NCBI GenBank assembly: GCA_024137785.1
Contig: JAHRHZ010000040.1
Span: 3,388,237 to 3,452,236 of the forward strand
Source of the DNA: Ginglymostoma cirratum
Taxonomy: Eukaryota
DNA: 64,000 bases
Reading direction: 5' to 3'
Shown here: piece after piece, positions 63,536-64,000 of the stretch
How the letters are laid out: each line of letters begins with the position of its first letter
Position numbering within the stretch: the first letter of the stretch is position 1
Position numbers and translations under genes: made by a program
The notes under the pieces: generated by a model
The model's database searches: none
What the model was told of the DNA's origin: nothing
The model's input: the letters and a program-made list of their open reading frames with translations, nothing else

Positions 63536-64000
63536 CTCCTGTACTTAACACTTCTTAAAAAAAGAAAAAAAGCACTCCTTTTTAGCCCTTTTTTTTTCCA
63601 ACATTATGGGTGGATAAGTCATCTGTGTTCATTTCTCTGCATGTGTCACTGTAGAAAATGCACAAATGCGTATCAGACCAATTCTTCCTGAAATAAATTT
63701 TATTCCTCCCTGGATATGTGATATTTTTGTGTAATTGTATTGATGTTTTGGAAGGATAAATGTTATGCCTGTGTTGAAGGGAGTATGAACTTCAATGGGT
63801 CTGTCATACACATCATTCTTTTGTACGTGGGGTTGCTAATCCATGCTGGAATAATTTTCAGTATAAGTGCCTGAAGTGATTCTCTGCTGGCACTATGTTA
63901 AATGTTAAGTGATTCATTTGTAAATGTGCTGAAATAGGTTTAAATAGTTTAGAGTAAATTTAATACTTGAAAAAAGTGTTGGTAGAAACATTTTCAATTA

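Noticed and set aside
5-63550. Palindromic repeats as a CRISPR array, or as classical MITEs
   Set aside because: They are dispersed in eukaryotic introns with no regular repeat-spacer pattern or cas genes. Asymmetric arms, variable centres and 10-15 bp TSDs fit Penelope-type retrotransposition better than cut-and-paste TIR elements.

Overview
Eukaryotic genomic DNA, AT-rich and dense in decayed retroelements. It is probably from a shark or other cartilaginous fish (inferred from the repeat landscape and a deeply diverged vertebrate protein). The whole window lies inside one + strand gene, SNAP91 (clathrin coat assembly protein AP180). I traced 15 GT-AG coding exons from 4745 to 63164, totalling 1597 nt in one open frame (about 532 codons). 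They encode the disordered clathrin/AP2-binding region and the start of the conserved C-terminal region; the ANTH exons and the last exons are outside the window. Almost all ORFs in the supplied track are spurious, partial exon read-throughs or TE debris. The introns hold CR1-type LINEs, a decayed Penelope-like element (RT plus GIY-YIG), SINEs and simple repeats. Most notable are: (1) a young family of about 130-400 bp hairpin insertions with long TSDs that carry minimal hammerhead-ribozyme cores (Penelope-like pLTR derivatives); (2) an APE-RT LINE with no visible ORF1 that begins with a tRNA-derived SINE-type head and shares both ends with a short SINE; (3) ten consecutive symmetric phase-1 exons, including a 15-nt microexon, whose junctions rebuild D-x-F/DLL motifs; (4) a strongly Thr-rich exon. 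All translations and alignments were done by eye, and repeat boundaries are approximate.
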